Part shown: piece by piece, positions 25,777 to 35,705 of the stretch
Position numbering within the stretch: the stretch's first letter is position 1
Layout of the letters: the number at the start of each line of letters is the position of its first letter
Origin: Bacteroidia bacterium
Lineage (GTDB): Bacteria > Bacteroidota > Bacteroidia > NS11-12g > UBA955
Assembly: GCA_038317095.1 (NCBI GenBank)
Contig: JBBQBB010000010.1
Span: 20 to 64,019 of the forward strand
Direction: 5' to 3'
DNA: 64,000 nt
Notes under the pieces: generated by a model
What the model saw: only the letters and a program-made list of their open reading frames with translations
What the model was told of the DNA's origin: nothing
The model's database searches: none
Translations under genes and position numbers: made by a program

Positions 25777-27146
25777 TGCCCATTTCGCGGAAAATAAAAT
25801 GGTATTTTTTGGGTGGAATTTTTATTGTTCTAACCGCAACTGCCTCCATATTCTATTATACTTGGAAACACCCTAAGATCAATAGAGAAGTGGTGCTACC
25901 CTCCGACTACGAATACTTGTGTGTGGTAAATTCGCACATAATTATAGAGCAATTGCTTTTCTCCAAGGAATTTAAAAATACAGATACTGGGATTTTAAAA
26001 AACATGGTTAAAAATGCAGGTTTGGATTTTGTAAAACCCCTTTGGCTTGTAGGATCCTTTATAGAGAAATACCATGGAGGAATTATCTATATTTCCGATA
26101 AAAATAAATTAAACGCATTTCTAAAGGAAACTTTACTAGCCAAATACAACCCCGAAAAAGATGTATGGATGAAAGACAATTTTACTTTTTACATTAAATC
26201 TGATTTCTTTTACGCGTTTTATGGACAACCAAAAATTCAGAATCAATCAAACTTAAAAGATTCAATAGCCAGCAAACTAGCACAGCAAGATTTAAACGGC
26301 ATTGTTTTTACTGGATGGATTTCTTTACCGTATAAATGGTCGATGGTGTTTCCCAATCAAAAAAACAAAGGTTCTTATATTGAATTGATTTACCATAAAA
26401 ATACTGCGGGAATAAATGATGGTTTGCAACTCCTTTTGGAAAATATTCAAATTAACGGCATTCAGCCTATCAATAGCGAATCCACTCCGTTGTATATAAA
26501 TATTCCACAAACCTTTTTTAGTGTTTTTCCTAAATTTGAAAGTAAAACCAAAAACTTTATTTATAAATCTGGTATGGATACAACAGGTATTTTTAACCAT
26601 TCGGAAGGCAATTTCAGTTTTTATTTTATTGGATTGGATACCATTTACACTTCTACCATTGGATATATTACGGATGAAGAATTTAACAGGCAAACCATTG
26701 TAAAAAAGACACCAAAAACAATTCCAAGAATTGCAGGTCAATTTAGGAACAGTTCTGACCTATGGAAAACGAAAACACACTGGGACAGTGCGTATAAAAA
26801 CCGCAAACTCAAATCGATTTTGGGAATCCCTTTTTGGATTTCAAGTGAAAAGAACAATAGTACTTTTTTTACATCCAAAAAAACCTACAACCCAGCGAAT
26901 AATCCTAACAATGATACCTATTGGTTTTTGGCAAATTGCAAGCCATTGAAAAAAGATTTTAAAATATTAAATCCGGAATTGGCTGGTTGGATTGATGGAA
27001 ATATTGCAACCATTGCGAGTGGCAACCGCAAATCAGATGGTAAACTTTTTATTTCAATTCAATTTACAAATAACAACCAAAGTTTGGTTAAAAATATTGC
27101 AAATACAGTTGATTTTTATAATTTAAAGTTAAAAAATGCCAGGTAA
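25776..27146 (+). CDS. Hypothetical membrane-anchored protein (456 aa)
   Basis: It has one N-terminal TM helix (WYFLGGIFIVLTATASIFYY). Its start shares 1 nt with the upstream stop (TAATG), and its 3' end overlaps the rsmE start by 11 nt. Confidence 0.6.
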   Translation: MPISRKIKWYFLGGIFIVLTATASIFYYTWKHPKINREVVLPSDYEYLCVVNSHIIIEQLLFSKEFKNTDTGILKNMVKNAGLDFVKPLWLVGSFIEKYHGGIIYISDKNKLNAFLKETLLAKYNPEKDVWMKDNFTFYIKSDFFYAFYGQPKIQNQSNLKDSIASKLAQQDLNGIVFTGWISLPYKWSMVFPNQKNKGSYIELIYHKNTAGINDGLQLLLENIQINGIQPINSESTPLYINIPQTFFSVFPKFESKTKNFIYKSGMDTTGIFNHSEGNFSFYFIGLDTIYTSTIGYITDEEFNRQTIVKKTPKTIPRIAGQFRNSSDLWKTKTHWDSAYKNRKLKSILGIPFWISSEKNNSTFFTSKKTYNPANNPNNDTYWFLANCKPLKKDFKILNPELAGWIDGNIATIASGNRKSDGKLFISIQFTNNNQSLVKNIANTVDFYNLKLKNAR

Positions 27147-27834
27147 ATTCACATTTTATACATCCACCATTCAAGACAAGAATGCCCTATTTGACGAGAA
27201 TGAAACACGCCATGCCATTGGTACATTAAGATTTAAAGTAGGAGACCAAATAGAATTCACGAACGGCTTGGGTGACTATTATTATGGAACCATAAACAAT
27301 ATTGAAAAAAGATTGTTTTCTGCGCAGATTCACAAATCGGAAATACATCCACGCAAAGGACTTTTAACCATAGCCTGCGGTATTATTAAATCTACAGATA
27401 GAATGGAGTGGATGGTAGAAAAATGCACTGAAATGGGCATTTCATCTATTGTTTTCTTTGATGGGCAAAAATCCGAACGCAACAAATTAAACCTAGAAAG
27501 GATGCAAAAAATTGCTATTGGGGCATTGAAGCAAAGCCATGGAGCTTGGTTACCCAATATAGAATTGCTAAAATGGAAGGACATTCTAAAACTAGAAATC
27601 AAAAACAAATGGATTGCCAAAGTTGAAGCTGGAGTCGAAAGTTTACCACTCACATTCTCAAACCCCGCGGAGGCTCATCTATTGCTCATAGGTCCAGAAG
27701 GGGATTTCTCAGAAACAGAATTTAACGATAGCATTGGGCTCAATTTTAAGCCTGTAATGATGGGTAAAAATGTGCTGCGAACCGAAACTGCAGTGATTGC
27801 TGCTGCGGCATCATTTTATCTGAGCCAAAATTAA
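27136..27834 (+). CDS. rsmE: 16S rRNA (uracil1498-N3)-methyltransferase
   Basis: 232 aa with the motifs ETRHAIGTLRFKVGD, LLLIGPEGDFSETE and LRTETA characteristic of RsmE. Confidence 0.85.
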   Translation: MPGKFTFYTSTIQDKNALFDENETRHAIGTLRFKVGDQIEFTNGLGDYYYGTINNIEKRLFSAQIHKSEIHPRKGLLTIACGIIKSTDRMEWMVEKCTEMGISSIVFFDGQKSERNKLNLERMQKIAIGALKQSHGAWLPNIELLKWKDILKLEIKNKWIAKVEAGVESLPLTFSNPAEAHLLLIGPEGDFSETEFNDSIGLNFKPVMMGKNVLRTETAVIAAAASFYLSQN

Positions 27835-27860
27835 TAGCCAGAATCAAGTATTTTTGCAGT

Positions 27861-29165
27861 GTGAAAATTCTACTTTTGGGATCTGGAGGTCGGGAACACG
27901 CATTTGCGCATTATCTTTCGAAAAGTCCATTGTGCGAAAAACTTTGGATTTCGCCTGGCAACGCAGGCACCATGTATTGTGGTGAAAACGTTACCCTTGG
28001 AATTTTAGATTTTGAAACCATTTATTCATTTTGCAAGGAAAATAGTGTCGATACGATTTTACCTGGCAGTGAAGACCCTCTTGTTGCGGGCATTGTAGAT
28101 TTTATAGAAGAAAAAAACGCTATACACGGAACCTCCATTCGCATTGCAGGTCCAAATAAATGGGCTTCCCAACTTGAAGGGAGCAAAGACTTTTCGAAAG
28201 ATTTTATGTTAAGGCATAACATACCCACCGCAAAATCTTTTACAGCAAATCAATCGAATATTAAGGAAGGAAAAACCTTTCTAGAAAGTTTAGAACCCCC
28301 CTATGTGTTAAAAGCAGACGGATTGGCGGCCGGAAAAGGCGTCATCATTACTGAAAATTTAGAAGAAGCGAAGCAAACCCTGGATGAGATGATTCTTCAG
28401 GCAAAATTTGGCAATGCTTCTTCCAAAGTAGTAATTGAAGAATTCTTAAGAGGTATTGAAATCAGCGTTTTTGCAGTGAGTGACGGAATTACATACAAAA
28501 CCTTAGCCTCGGCCAAAGATTACAAGCGCATAGGTGAGGCAGATACTGGGCCCAATACCGGTGGAATGGGCGCAATTAGTCCGGTTCCATTTGCGGATGC
28601 TGAATTTATGCAAAAGGTGGAGGAAAGGATAACAAAACCCACATTTGAAGGGTTAAAAAAAGAGGGTCAATCTTTTAAGGGATTTTTATTTATAGGATTG
28701 ATGAACTGTGACGGAAATCCTAAAGTGATTGAGTACAATGTGCGCATGGGCGACCCAGAAACTGAGGCTATTTTTCCAAGATTAAAAACCGACATGGGAG
28801 AACTCATTGATGCCATTGCTGGCCATACCTTGGACAAATTGGAATTAGCACTAGATCCAAGATTCGTTGCAACCATATTTTTAGTTTCAGGGGGTTATCC
28901 TGGCGAAATAGAAAAGGGAAAAATGATGCATTTGCCAGAAATCCCAGTGAATTCAATGCTATTTCATGCAGGCACAGCATTTAAAGACGACCAAACCCTC
29001 ACCAACGGCGGCAGGGTAATGGCCGTGAGTTCCTTAGGAGAAAATATTTCAGAGGCATTGGCTATTTCTAACGAATTGGCCGACAAAATTGAATACGAAG
29101 GCAAATATTTTCGCAGGGATATTGGCCTAGATTTGATGAATTACCCACAAAACAAAAATCCATGA
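27861..29165 (+). CDS. purD: Phosphoribosylamine--glycine ligase
   Basis: GTG start. The N-terminus is MKILLLGSGGREHAFA, followed by an ATP-grasp core, NVRMGDPE, and a GARS_C-like end GGRVMAV. Confidence 0.95.
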   Translation: MKILLLGSGGREHAFAHYLSKSPLCEKLWISPGNAGTMYCGENVTLGILDFETIYSFCKENSVDTILPGSEDPLVAGIVDFIEEKNAIHGTSIRIAGPNKWASQLEGSKDFSKDFMLRHNIPTAKSFTANQSNIKEGKTFLESLEPPYVLKADGLAAGKGVIITENLEEAKQTLDEMILQAKFGNASSKVVIEEFLRGIEISVFAVSDGITYKTLASAKDYKRIGEADTGPNTGGMGAISPVPFADAEFMQKVEERITKPTFEGLKKEGQSFKGFLFIGLMNCDGNPKVIEYNVRMGDPETEAIFPRLKTDMGELIDAIAGHTLDKLELALDPRFVATIFLVSGGYPGEIEKGKMMHLPEIPVNSMLFHAGTAFKDDQTLTNGGRVMAVSSLGENISEALAISNELADKIEYEGKYFRRDIGLDLMNYPQNKNP

Positions 29166-29794
29166 CACATCCAACACACAGCGAAAAGGTAAAATCTACC
29201 TACCAAATTTTACTCAATTATTTTCTGCGCGGATTACTGGTTTTACTCCCATTTGCCATTACCGCCGGGATTATTGCCTGGATTATTAGTGGAATTTCTA
29301 ATGTGCTCATCAAACAGGAATTGGGTGCCAAACAAGTGGTTTTTTACACATTGGGCATAGTGGTGTTTATTTTTGCCACTGGTTATTTTACCCGGGGTGT
29401 GGTGGCCAGGCAAATTATTGATTTTTTCGAAGGCATTATTGAAAAGGCACCCGGTTTAAAGTTTATTTTTGGAACTACAAAAGATATGACAGAGGCTTTT
29501 GTGGGAGATAAGAAGAAATTTACAGAACCCGTACTCGTAGAATTTTCGCCAGGCGTTGAAAGAATTGGTTTTATAACCCAACATCATATGAATATATTAG
29601 GGAGGGAAAACCACTTGGCAGTATATATACCTGCAAGTTATGCCATTTCCGGTGATTTATACATTGTGCACAAAGATCATGTAAAAACCTTCCAACAAGA
29701 TAGTGGGCAGGTAATGAAATTTGTGATCAGCGGTGGAATTGCTGGAATTGAAAAACAAGAAAATCCTTCCAATAAATCTTCCGCTGCACAATAA
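29162..29794 (+). CDS. DUF502-like membrane protein
   Basis: 210 aa with two N-terminal TM helices. The following segment (PVLVEFSPGVERIGFITQ ... VYIPASYAISGDLYIV) resembles DUF502. It has an ATGA overlap with purD. Confidence 0.55.
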   Translation: MTHPTHSEKVKSTYQILLNYFLRGLLVLLPFAITAGIIAWIISGISNVLIKQELGAKQVVFYTLGIVVFIFATGYFTRGVVARQIIDFFEGIIEKAPGLKFIFGTTKDMTEAFVGDKKKFTEPVLVEFSPGVERIGFITQHHMNILGRENHLAVYIPASYAISGDLYIVHKDHVKTFQQDSGQVMKFVISGGIAGIEKQENPSNKSSAAQ

Positions 29795-29916
29795 GAAACA
29801 TCAAGGCAACGTTAATCCATTGAGAGAAAATGTACAGTTTTATACCACCAAAACACAAATTGGGTAAAACTCTGTATTGAATAATCAAAAAAAATCAGTT
29901 TTTTCGCACTACAACT

Positions 29917-30633
29917 ATGCATCTGTTAAATACGCTTTTACAAGCCAGCTCTTCTGTTGCTGATTCTGCAAAGAAAGCTTCCGCCCAAGGGGCTGAAAAG
30001 GCCGCCGAACTCCCATCTGCACCCGTATTGGAAATGATGGCCAATGGCGGTCCAATTATGATTGTGCTGCTATTATTCTTGCTATTGGCAATCTTTTTTA
30101 TCATTGAGAGATTTTTATACATCTCTGGAAGAACAAAATTGGATTTCAATATGATGAACGTAGTTAAGGACAATATGGCTCAAAACAGACCTGATGCGGC
30201 TTTAAGCTACTGCGAACGCACCCCAACCGCACAATCACAAGTAGTGGCAACGGGCTTGCGATTTTTAGGCAGCAACATGCGCGAAATTGAAAGCGCAATG
30301 GAAACCAGAGCCAATGTAGAGTTGAGTGCCATGGAAAGCAACCTGGGCTACCTAAGCTTAATTTCTAGAATAGCGCCGATGGTAGGATTTGTGGGTACAA
30401 TTTGGGGTGTTATCACCATTTTTTATACCATTTCACAATTGGGTACCTTGGAAATTGGTGGCATAAGCAAAGGACTCTACATTAAGATGGTAACTTCATT
30501 GGCTGGTTTGTCTGTGGGAATTATTGGCTTCACAGGATATCAATTGCTCTTGAGGAAAATAGACCGTTTTGCTGAAAAATTGCAAGAGCAGTCCTTAAAT
30601 TTCCTTGAAATGCTGAACAAAACCAACTCTTAA
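29917..30633 (+). CDS. exbB: MotA/TolQ/ExbB proton-channel family protein
   Basis: 238 aa with three TM helices and the conserved C-terminal block IAPMVGFVGTIWGVI...GL. An ExbD gene follows. Confidence 0.85.
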   Translation: MHLLNTLLQASSSVADSAKKASAQGAEKAAELPSAPVLEMMANGGPIMIVLLLFLLLAIFFIIERFLYISGRTKLDFNMMNVVKDNMAQNRPDAALSYCERTPTAQSQVVATGLRFLGSNMREIESAMETRANVELSAMESNLGYLSLISRIAPMVGFVGTIWGVITIFYTISQLGTLEIGGISKGLYIKMVTSLAGLSVGIIGFTGYQLLLRKIDRFAEKLQEQSLNFLEMLNKTNS

Positions 30634-30643
30634 TTTCTTAACT

Positions 30644-31075
30644 ATGAAGATTCACAGGCGCAGGCGGGAAGATGTTGAGGTAGATTCCTCTTCATTAAAT
30701 GACATTATGTTTTTTTTAATGTTATTCTTCCTTATTGCCAGCACTCTTGCAAATCCCAACGTATTTCCTGTAAAGCTTCCAAAGGCTGGTAGTCCAGGTC
30801 AAATAGTACCCAGAACCATGCCCTTGACTGTAAAACGAGAAGGTGAAGATTTACACATATACTTGCAACAGGATGAGGTAGCTTATGACGAGTTAGAAGC
30901 TAGACTTACCAAACTAAGGGATGAGTTTAACGATCCTAAAAACCCTGAAGCTGGACTAAATGTGGTATTGCGTGTGGATAAGCAAACCAACGTGCAGGAT
31001 TTGGTGGACGTGTTGCAGGTAGGTGCCAATTTGGGTATAAAAATGGTACTCGCCACGGAGAAAAAATCAAAATAA
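30644..31075 (+). CDS. exbD: Biopolymer transport protein ExbD/TolR
   Basis: 143 aa. The N-terminal SLNDIMFFLMLFFLI TM segment and the periplasmic domain follow the ExbD pattern. Confidence 0.85.
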   Translation: MKIHRRRREDVEVDSSSLNDIMFFLMLFFLIASTLANPNVFPVKLPKAGSPGQIVPRTMPLTVKREGEDLHIYLQQDEVAYDELEARLTKLRDEFNDPKNPEAGLNVVLRVDKQTNVQDLVDVLQVGANLGIKMVLATEKKSK

Positions 31076-31084
31076 CCGAGTATT

Positions 31085-32233
31085 GTGCTGCGCATCAGTT
31101 CAATAACCGTTTTTCTTTTTATTACTTGCTCTGCTTTTGCTCAAAAAGCCTGGGAATCTAAAATTATTGCTGGTTTTCTTGTGCCACACCATGAAGATAT
31201 GGTGCAGATGATGGCTCCGATTCGGGGATTTGAAATATCCAGATCCTGGAAAATAGACTCTGCGGGCTCAGTAGCTATCAAACAGAATCATCCATATTGT
31301 GGCATAGGCGTTAATTATTTTAACCTTGGCAAATCTATAAATGGAAACGCTTTTACCGCTTTTGGGTATTATGATGCAGGTATAAATCTGAAATCTAAAA
31401 CAACATTAAGGGGAAGGTTTGCCTTCGGAGTTGGCTATTTAACCAAACAATACAATGCGTTTACCAATCCATTAAACCGTGCTATTGGAAGCAATATCAA
31501 CGGTTTTATGCAAATTTATACTTATTTGCAAACCCCAATAGGCAAATACAACGACTTACAGCTTGGCATTGGGCTATCTCATTTTTCAAATGGAAATTGG
31601 AGCCAACCCAATTTAGGAATTAACTTGCCCAGTGTGCTATTAGGAATTAAAGCCCGCGATAAAAGTACGCGTTATTTGAATGTACTTCAAATTCACAAAG
31701 TGCCTACAAATATCCAATGGGAATTTTCAGCCCGACTGGGGAAAAGACAAATAGGCATAGACAACCCAAGAAATATTGTAAATTACCTTGTGGAAGCGAC
31801 AATCATTTATCCGCACAATGAATTTAGACAATGGAGAATAGGCGTTGTTTCCTTTTTTGACAAAACCTATGTCTTTACCAAGTTTCAGCCTTTACCCAGC
31901 AAAATAAGACCTGACCAAATTACAGAATTGGCTATCCAGGCTGGGCATGAATACAGGATTGGAAGGGTTGGTCTTGTAACAGATTTAGGATTTTATATTT
32001 ACCGACCCGATCGATCAAAACGCATTTATTACGAAGGTATAGGCTTAAAACTTTATGTTACTGACAATCTAGTTCTAATAAATCGCCTAAAAGTGCATTT
32101 AACCACAGCGGATTATTTTGAGTGGGGGCTTTGTTACAATATTACAAGCAGTAACAGAGTAAACCCTGGTTTTGTGAATGGATTTAAGTGGGTATTTCGT
32201 GGATTTAGAAATCGCCATAACAATTTTTTTTAA
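31085..32233 (+). CDS. Outer-membrane acyloxyacyl hydrolase / PagL-like lipid A deacylase family protein (tentative)
   Basis: GTG start, with a signal peptide ending SAFAQ and a beta-barrel-like pattern. The GLSHFSNGNW segment has the H-x-S arrangement of the PagL family. Confidence 0.45.
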   Translation: MLRISSITVFLFITCSAFAQKAWESKIIAGFLVPHHEDMVQMMAPIRGFEISRSWKIDSAGSVAIKQNHPYCGIGVNYFNLGKSINGNAFTAFGYYDAGINLKSKTTLRGRFAFGVGYLTKQYNAFTNPLNRAIGSNINGFMQIYTYLQTPIGKYNDLQLGIGLSHFSNGNWSQPNLGINLPSVLLGIKARDKSTRYLNVLQIHKVPTNIQWEFSARLGKRQIGIDNPRNIVNYLVEATIIYPHNEFRQWRIGVVSFFDKTYVFTKFQPLPSKIRPDQITELAIQAGHEYRIGRVGLVTDLGFYIYRPDRSKRIYYEGIGLKLYVTDNLVLINRLKVHLTTADYFEWGLCYNITSSNRVNPGFVNGFKWVFRGFRNRHNNFF

Positions 32234-32260
32234 TACCTTAAATTTAGGAAATTAAAAAGT

Positions 32261-33373
32261 TTAAAAACTACCCAACCATCTAGGCACTTTGATGTCCAAG
32301 GTAGACACATACCTAAAATACAATCCATTGGAAAATTCCAGTTTTTTGTAATCCAAATCGTAGTAGGGTTCAAAACGGAAATCTATCCATAATTTACTCC
32401 CTAATATGGGCTTGGAATAAACGTAGCGGAGCATTGCCAAACGGCGAACGCCGTTGTTTGAATAAGGATTCTTTAAATTCACATTGCTAAACATAGTGTT
32501 GCCCAAAGTGGAAGTAAATTCATTGGCATACCACCAAGTAAGTGCAATTTGGTGGTGCTTTTTTATCCGAAAACGCAAATTGGTCATACTTGCCCAACCA
32601 TTTGTATACGGCTGGGTTGGTGTATTTGAATTGTCAAAACTATTTAAAAGAAACGATTCTAAAAGAAATGCTGTATCCTGGATTTTCAACCTCAAGCCAG
32701 CTGCAGAATTGATTCTTGTTGCTATGGGTCTATTGGTATTTAGCGCCTGTCCACCTTGATGAAATATAGTAAGATAAAGAGGATTACTTAAAGTAACACT
32801 TCCAATATGAAATAAAGCATTTTCTAGGCTTTGTCCCAAAACCAAAATTTCTTGTTTGCTTGTATTTTCGTTTAATTTTTGTTTCCATTCCAGCCAAATG
32901 TCATAATTCATCTTTGCGGTTTTGCGCTTTGCTTGCACACCCATTTCCACAGGTTGGGTAAATAGATTTTCGTAATTTAACATGGGTTCAATTAAATTAT
33001 GCTGAATATTGGGCTGAATATTTCCCAAATTATACAACCACTTTTTATTTTCAATCCGAAAATTAAAGAGTGGAATGGCCTTAGTTAAAAAACCAGCATC
33101 CCCGAAATCCTTTTGTAACAGCAAACCGGTGCTAAAAGTTGCGTCTTTAGAAAGTTTGTAATGCAGCAACCCCTTGGCCTGAAATCCAAAAAGCGTAACA
33201 CCAGGATTGATATTGTTGAAATACTCGTTGTTTTTAAGAAATTGAAGTCCTTCAAATGTAGCGCCCCACTTTGTCGAAGGTTGAGCAGGTTGTACGCGAA
33301 AAATATCGTTGCTCAATTGGGACTTTAAACCCAAAAACGAGGTAAGGAAAACAACAATGAGCAAAAGGCGCAT
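32261..33373 (-). CDS. Hypothetical outer-membrane protein
   Basis: The Met at 33373 gives the signal MRLLLIVVFLTSFLGLKSQ. The sequence is beta-rich with a C-terminal Phe (LGSF). Confidence 0.5.
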   Translation of the reverse strand: MRLLLIVVFLTSFLGLKSQLSNDIFRVQPAQPSTKWGATFEGLQFLKNNEYFNNINPGVTLFGFQAKGLLHYKLSKDATFSTGLLLQKDFGDAGFLTKAIPLFNFRIENKKWLYNLGNIQPNIQHNLIEPMLNYENLFTQPVEMGVQAKRKTAKMNYDIWLEWKQKLNENTSKQEILVLGQSLENALFHIGSVTLSNPLYLTIFHQGGQALNTNRPIATRINSAAGLRLKIQDTAFLLESFLLNSFDNSNTPTQPYTNGWASMTNLRFRIKKHHQIALTWWYANEFTSTLGNTMFSNVNLKNPYSNNGVRRLAMLRYVYSKPILGSKLWIDFRFEPYYDLDYKKLEFSNGLYFRYVSTLDIKVPRWLGSF

Positions 33374-33482
33374 TGGGCAAAGGTAAGAAATGAATTTTGT
33401 ATCAAACAAATACTTCTCTTTATTGCCGCAGCTTGAATGTGAATGCGTAAAATTGATAAAGTTCGCTGCTAGAAATTAGTTT

Positions 33483-35288
33483 TTAAATATCATCCCCTCG
33501 CAAAGCGCGGTAGTGCTTTCTTGCATCTACATTGAATAAACTTCCTGGGAAATCTAGGATGATTTTTTTATAGGCTTCCATGGCTTTGGTTTTGTCGTTC
33601 AGTTTGTATTCATACAATTGACCCAAAGCATACCAACCATTGTCTGCCAAAATATCGTGGTTAAAAGCAACAACCAAAGTTTCGTACAATTCAGTAGCTT
33701 CCGCAAATCTTCCCTGCATTTCTCTAATTTGTCCGCGAGAAAACAAAATATCATCGCTTAAAGCATGACCTGGAAATTTTTTAGGAATACTATCTAGCAG
33801 TTTTTCCGATTCATCCAGTTTGTTTTGCATTTGCAATAACTCGGCATGGGCAAACATTTCAAGCGCCACATAATTGCTATCCACTCCCAAATTTTCTGAA
33901 ATGGTGAGGGCAAGTTCAATGGCATTGTTGGAAATCAACTGGGTAGTGGCGCCTTTCAAAACTTCCAATTGGATTTTAGCCCAGCTAAAATCACCCCTAA
34001 AATAACTTAACCGTGCCCTACGAAATTTCGCTTCTTGTCCCAATGCATCTTCTTCAAAATCTTTTTCTACTTGGGCATACATCAACTCACTGGTCCAAAC
34101 ATCATCGTCAATAACATATGCATCGCCTAGCATTAATTTGGCATAAGCCTGTGCACGCCGATTTATTCCTATTGTCGCAATAAATGCTTCTAAAAGATCA
34201 ACGGCTTTTTCAGGCTCATGGCTATATTTCATGTAAATTTCAGACAATCGACTCACTGCGCGCCAATTGCCATCCGTAAATCCACGCTTTTGTACAAATG
34301 ATTCAAATTCCGATTTTAGCACATTCAATTCAGTGTTTGCCATAATAGGGCCATTCACCAGTTGCTTGTATCTGGTCTCCAGCAAACCTGATTCTCCTTC
34401 GCTATAATAAGGACCGTCTATTCCTATTTCTTTAATATACTCAAAGCATTTAACTGCTGCGCTATAGGCTTCATTGCTCAAGCATAGTTCGCCCAATTCA
34501 ATCATGCGAAGCCCTTTTTCTTTCAATTTTTTATCTAGAGCACGTGTTTGAACAAATGCCCCATTCCAATCTTTTTGCTTCACAAAAGTCCATTTTAACA
34601 ATTCGCCCAAAGCCATATTGTCCGGCATTTTTTGAATCTGCTTTAACAAAATCACACGCAACAACACATAATCCAAACTGTCGGTTACGTTCATTTCAAA
34701 AAGCTGTTGGCTTTGCTCAAAGGGGAGGCCAGAATTGATGACCATGGTTACATATTTGTCCAACCCCTTTTCACGGTTGCCAGTTTGCATATATAACATA
34801 GCCAATTGGCTGCTAAAATCTGTCAATCCTTCAAATGCCTTATCCCCTTTTTCATAGGTTTGAATGGCGTAATCCAATTTTAACCTTTTCTGAAATGCAT
34901 TGGCCAACCTTGTATATTCGCCATATTCCTGTTTTAACTTGTTAATAATAGACAGGTAAACCTTCTCGGCCTCTTTACCATTTCCAGCTTTTTCTAAAAC
35001 ATATCCCGCATCTACCTTGTATTGCTCCACATTTCCAAATTTCCGTTGGCGCTTTTTTACCAACTTTTCAGCTTTTTCCCAAGCCTTGGTTTCAAGCAAA
35101 CAAGCCAGATATCTGTCGTACAAATAGATGCTTTCTGGCTGCGCATCTGCCAAATCCTGGTAAAATGGCATTGCCTTATCGTATTCCTTATTCTCAAAAT
35201 ACTGCGCAGCCAATTTCTCATCCCCAGATTGGGCAGAAAGACCAACTACCGCCGTTGCGAATATGAAAAACAACACTCTTTTAATCAT
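33483..35288 (-). CDS. Tetratricopeptide (TPR) repeat protein, secreted
   Basis: About 600 aa with many 34-aa A/Y/L-pattern repeats (for example AQYFENKEYDKAMPFYQDL and GWYALGQLYEYKLNDKTKAMEAYKKI). The Met at 35288 gives a signal peptide. Confidence 0.75.
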   Translation of the reverse strand: MIKRVLFFIFATAVVGLSAQSGDEKLAAQYFENKEYDKAMPFYQDLADAQPESIYLYDRYLACLLETKAWEKAEKLVKKRQRKFGNVEQYKVDAGYVLEKAGNGKEAEKVYLSIINKLKQEYGEYTRLANAFQKRLKLDYAIQTYEKGDKAFEGLTDFSSQLAMLYMQTGNREKGLDKYVTMVINSGLPFEQSQQLFEMNVTDSLDYVLLRVILLKQIQKMPDNMALGELLKWTFVKQKDWNGAFVQTRALDKKLKEKGLRMIELGELCLSNEAYSAAVKCFEYIKEIGIDGPYYSEGESGLLETRYKQLVNGPIMANTELNVLKSEFESFVQKRGFTDGNWRAVSRLSEIYMKYSHEPEKAVDLLEAFIATIGINRRAQAYAKLMLGDAYVIDDDVWTSELMYAQVEKDFEEDALGQEAKFRRARLSYFRGDFSWAKIQLEVLKGATTQLISNNAIELALTISENLGVDSNYVALEMFAHAELLQMQNKLDESEKLLDSIPKKFPGHALSDDILFSRGQIREMQGRFAEATELYETLVVAFNHDILADNGWYALGQLYEYKLNDKTKAMEAYKKIILDFPGSLFNVDARKHYRALRGDDI

Positions 35289-35705
35289 GTAAGATTGAAC
35301 CATCAAATATAACGCCGTTTTTTCGGCTTTGTTTTAGGTATTGATACGATTGGACGAAAATAGTAAATGCCAAGTTATACAAACGGCGCTTACAATCATG
35401 ATTCAAATTGTCTCGATTTCTTTATTTTCCCTAACTCCTCAATGTCAATTGCATCTTTGGGTGTGTTTGTTATTTTCCTTGATTCAGATTTCGCCATAAA
35501 TTTAAAACAGCCTCATCCTGAATATCCATAATCAAACTTCTGAATGAATTATTTTGGCTTTTTGCATCATATTGCTTAGCTTATACAAACGCATAAATAG
35601 TAAAAACTTCTCCGTATCCTTCGGTTGTATGCAAATTTTTATCTTTTCTTCTTCACCCACGCATACTAGTTTTCCATTTATCTTTTCTATTGGTTTTAGT
35701 ACAAA

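Noticed and set aside
29917-31075. Missing TonB as evidence of a defective Ton system.
   Set aside because: TonB genes are often unlinked, and nothing in the sequence suggests decay of exbB or exbD.
35307-35705. The 399-bp gap as tmRNA, RNase P RNA, SRP RNA or a riboswitch.
   Set aside because: There is no tag-peptide reading frame ending in ALAA, no GGAAAGTCCGG-type RNase P core and no GC-rich helices. The region is AT-rich with little pairing potential. I kept it only as an unexplained gap.
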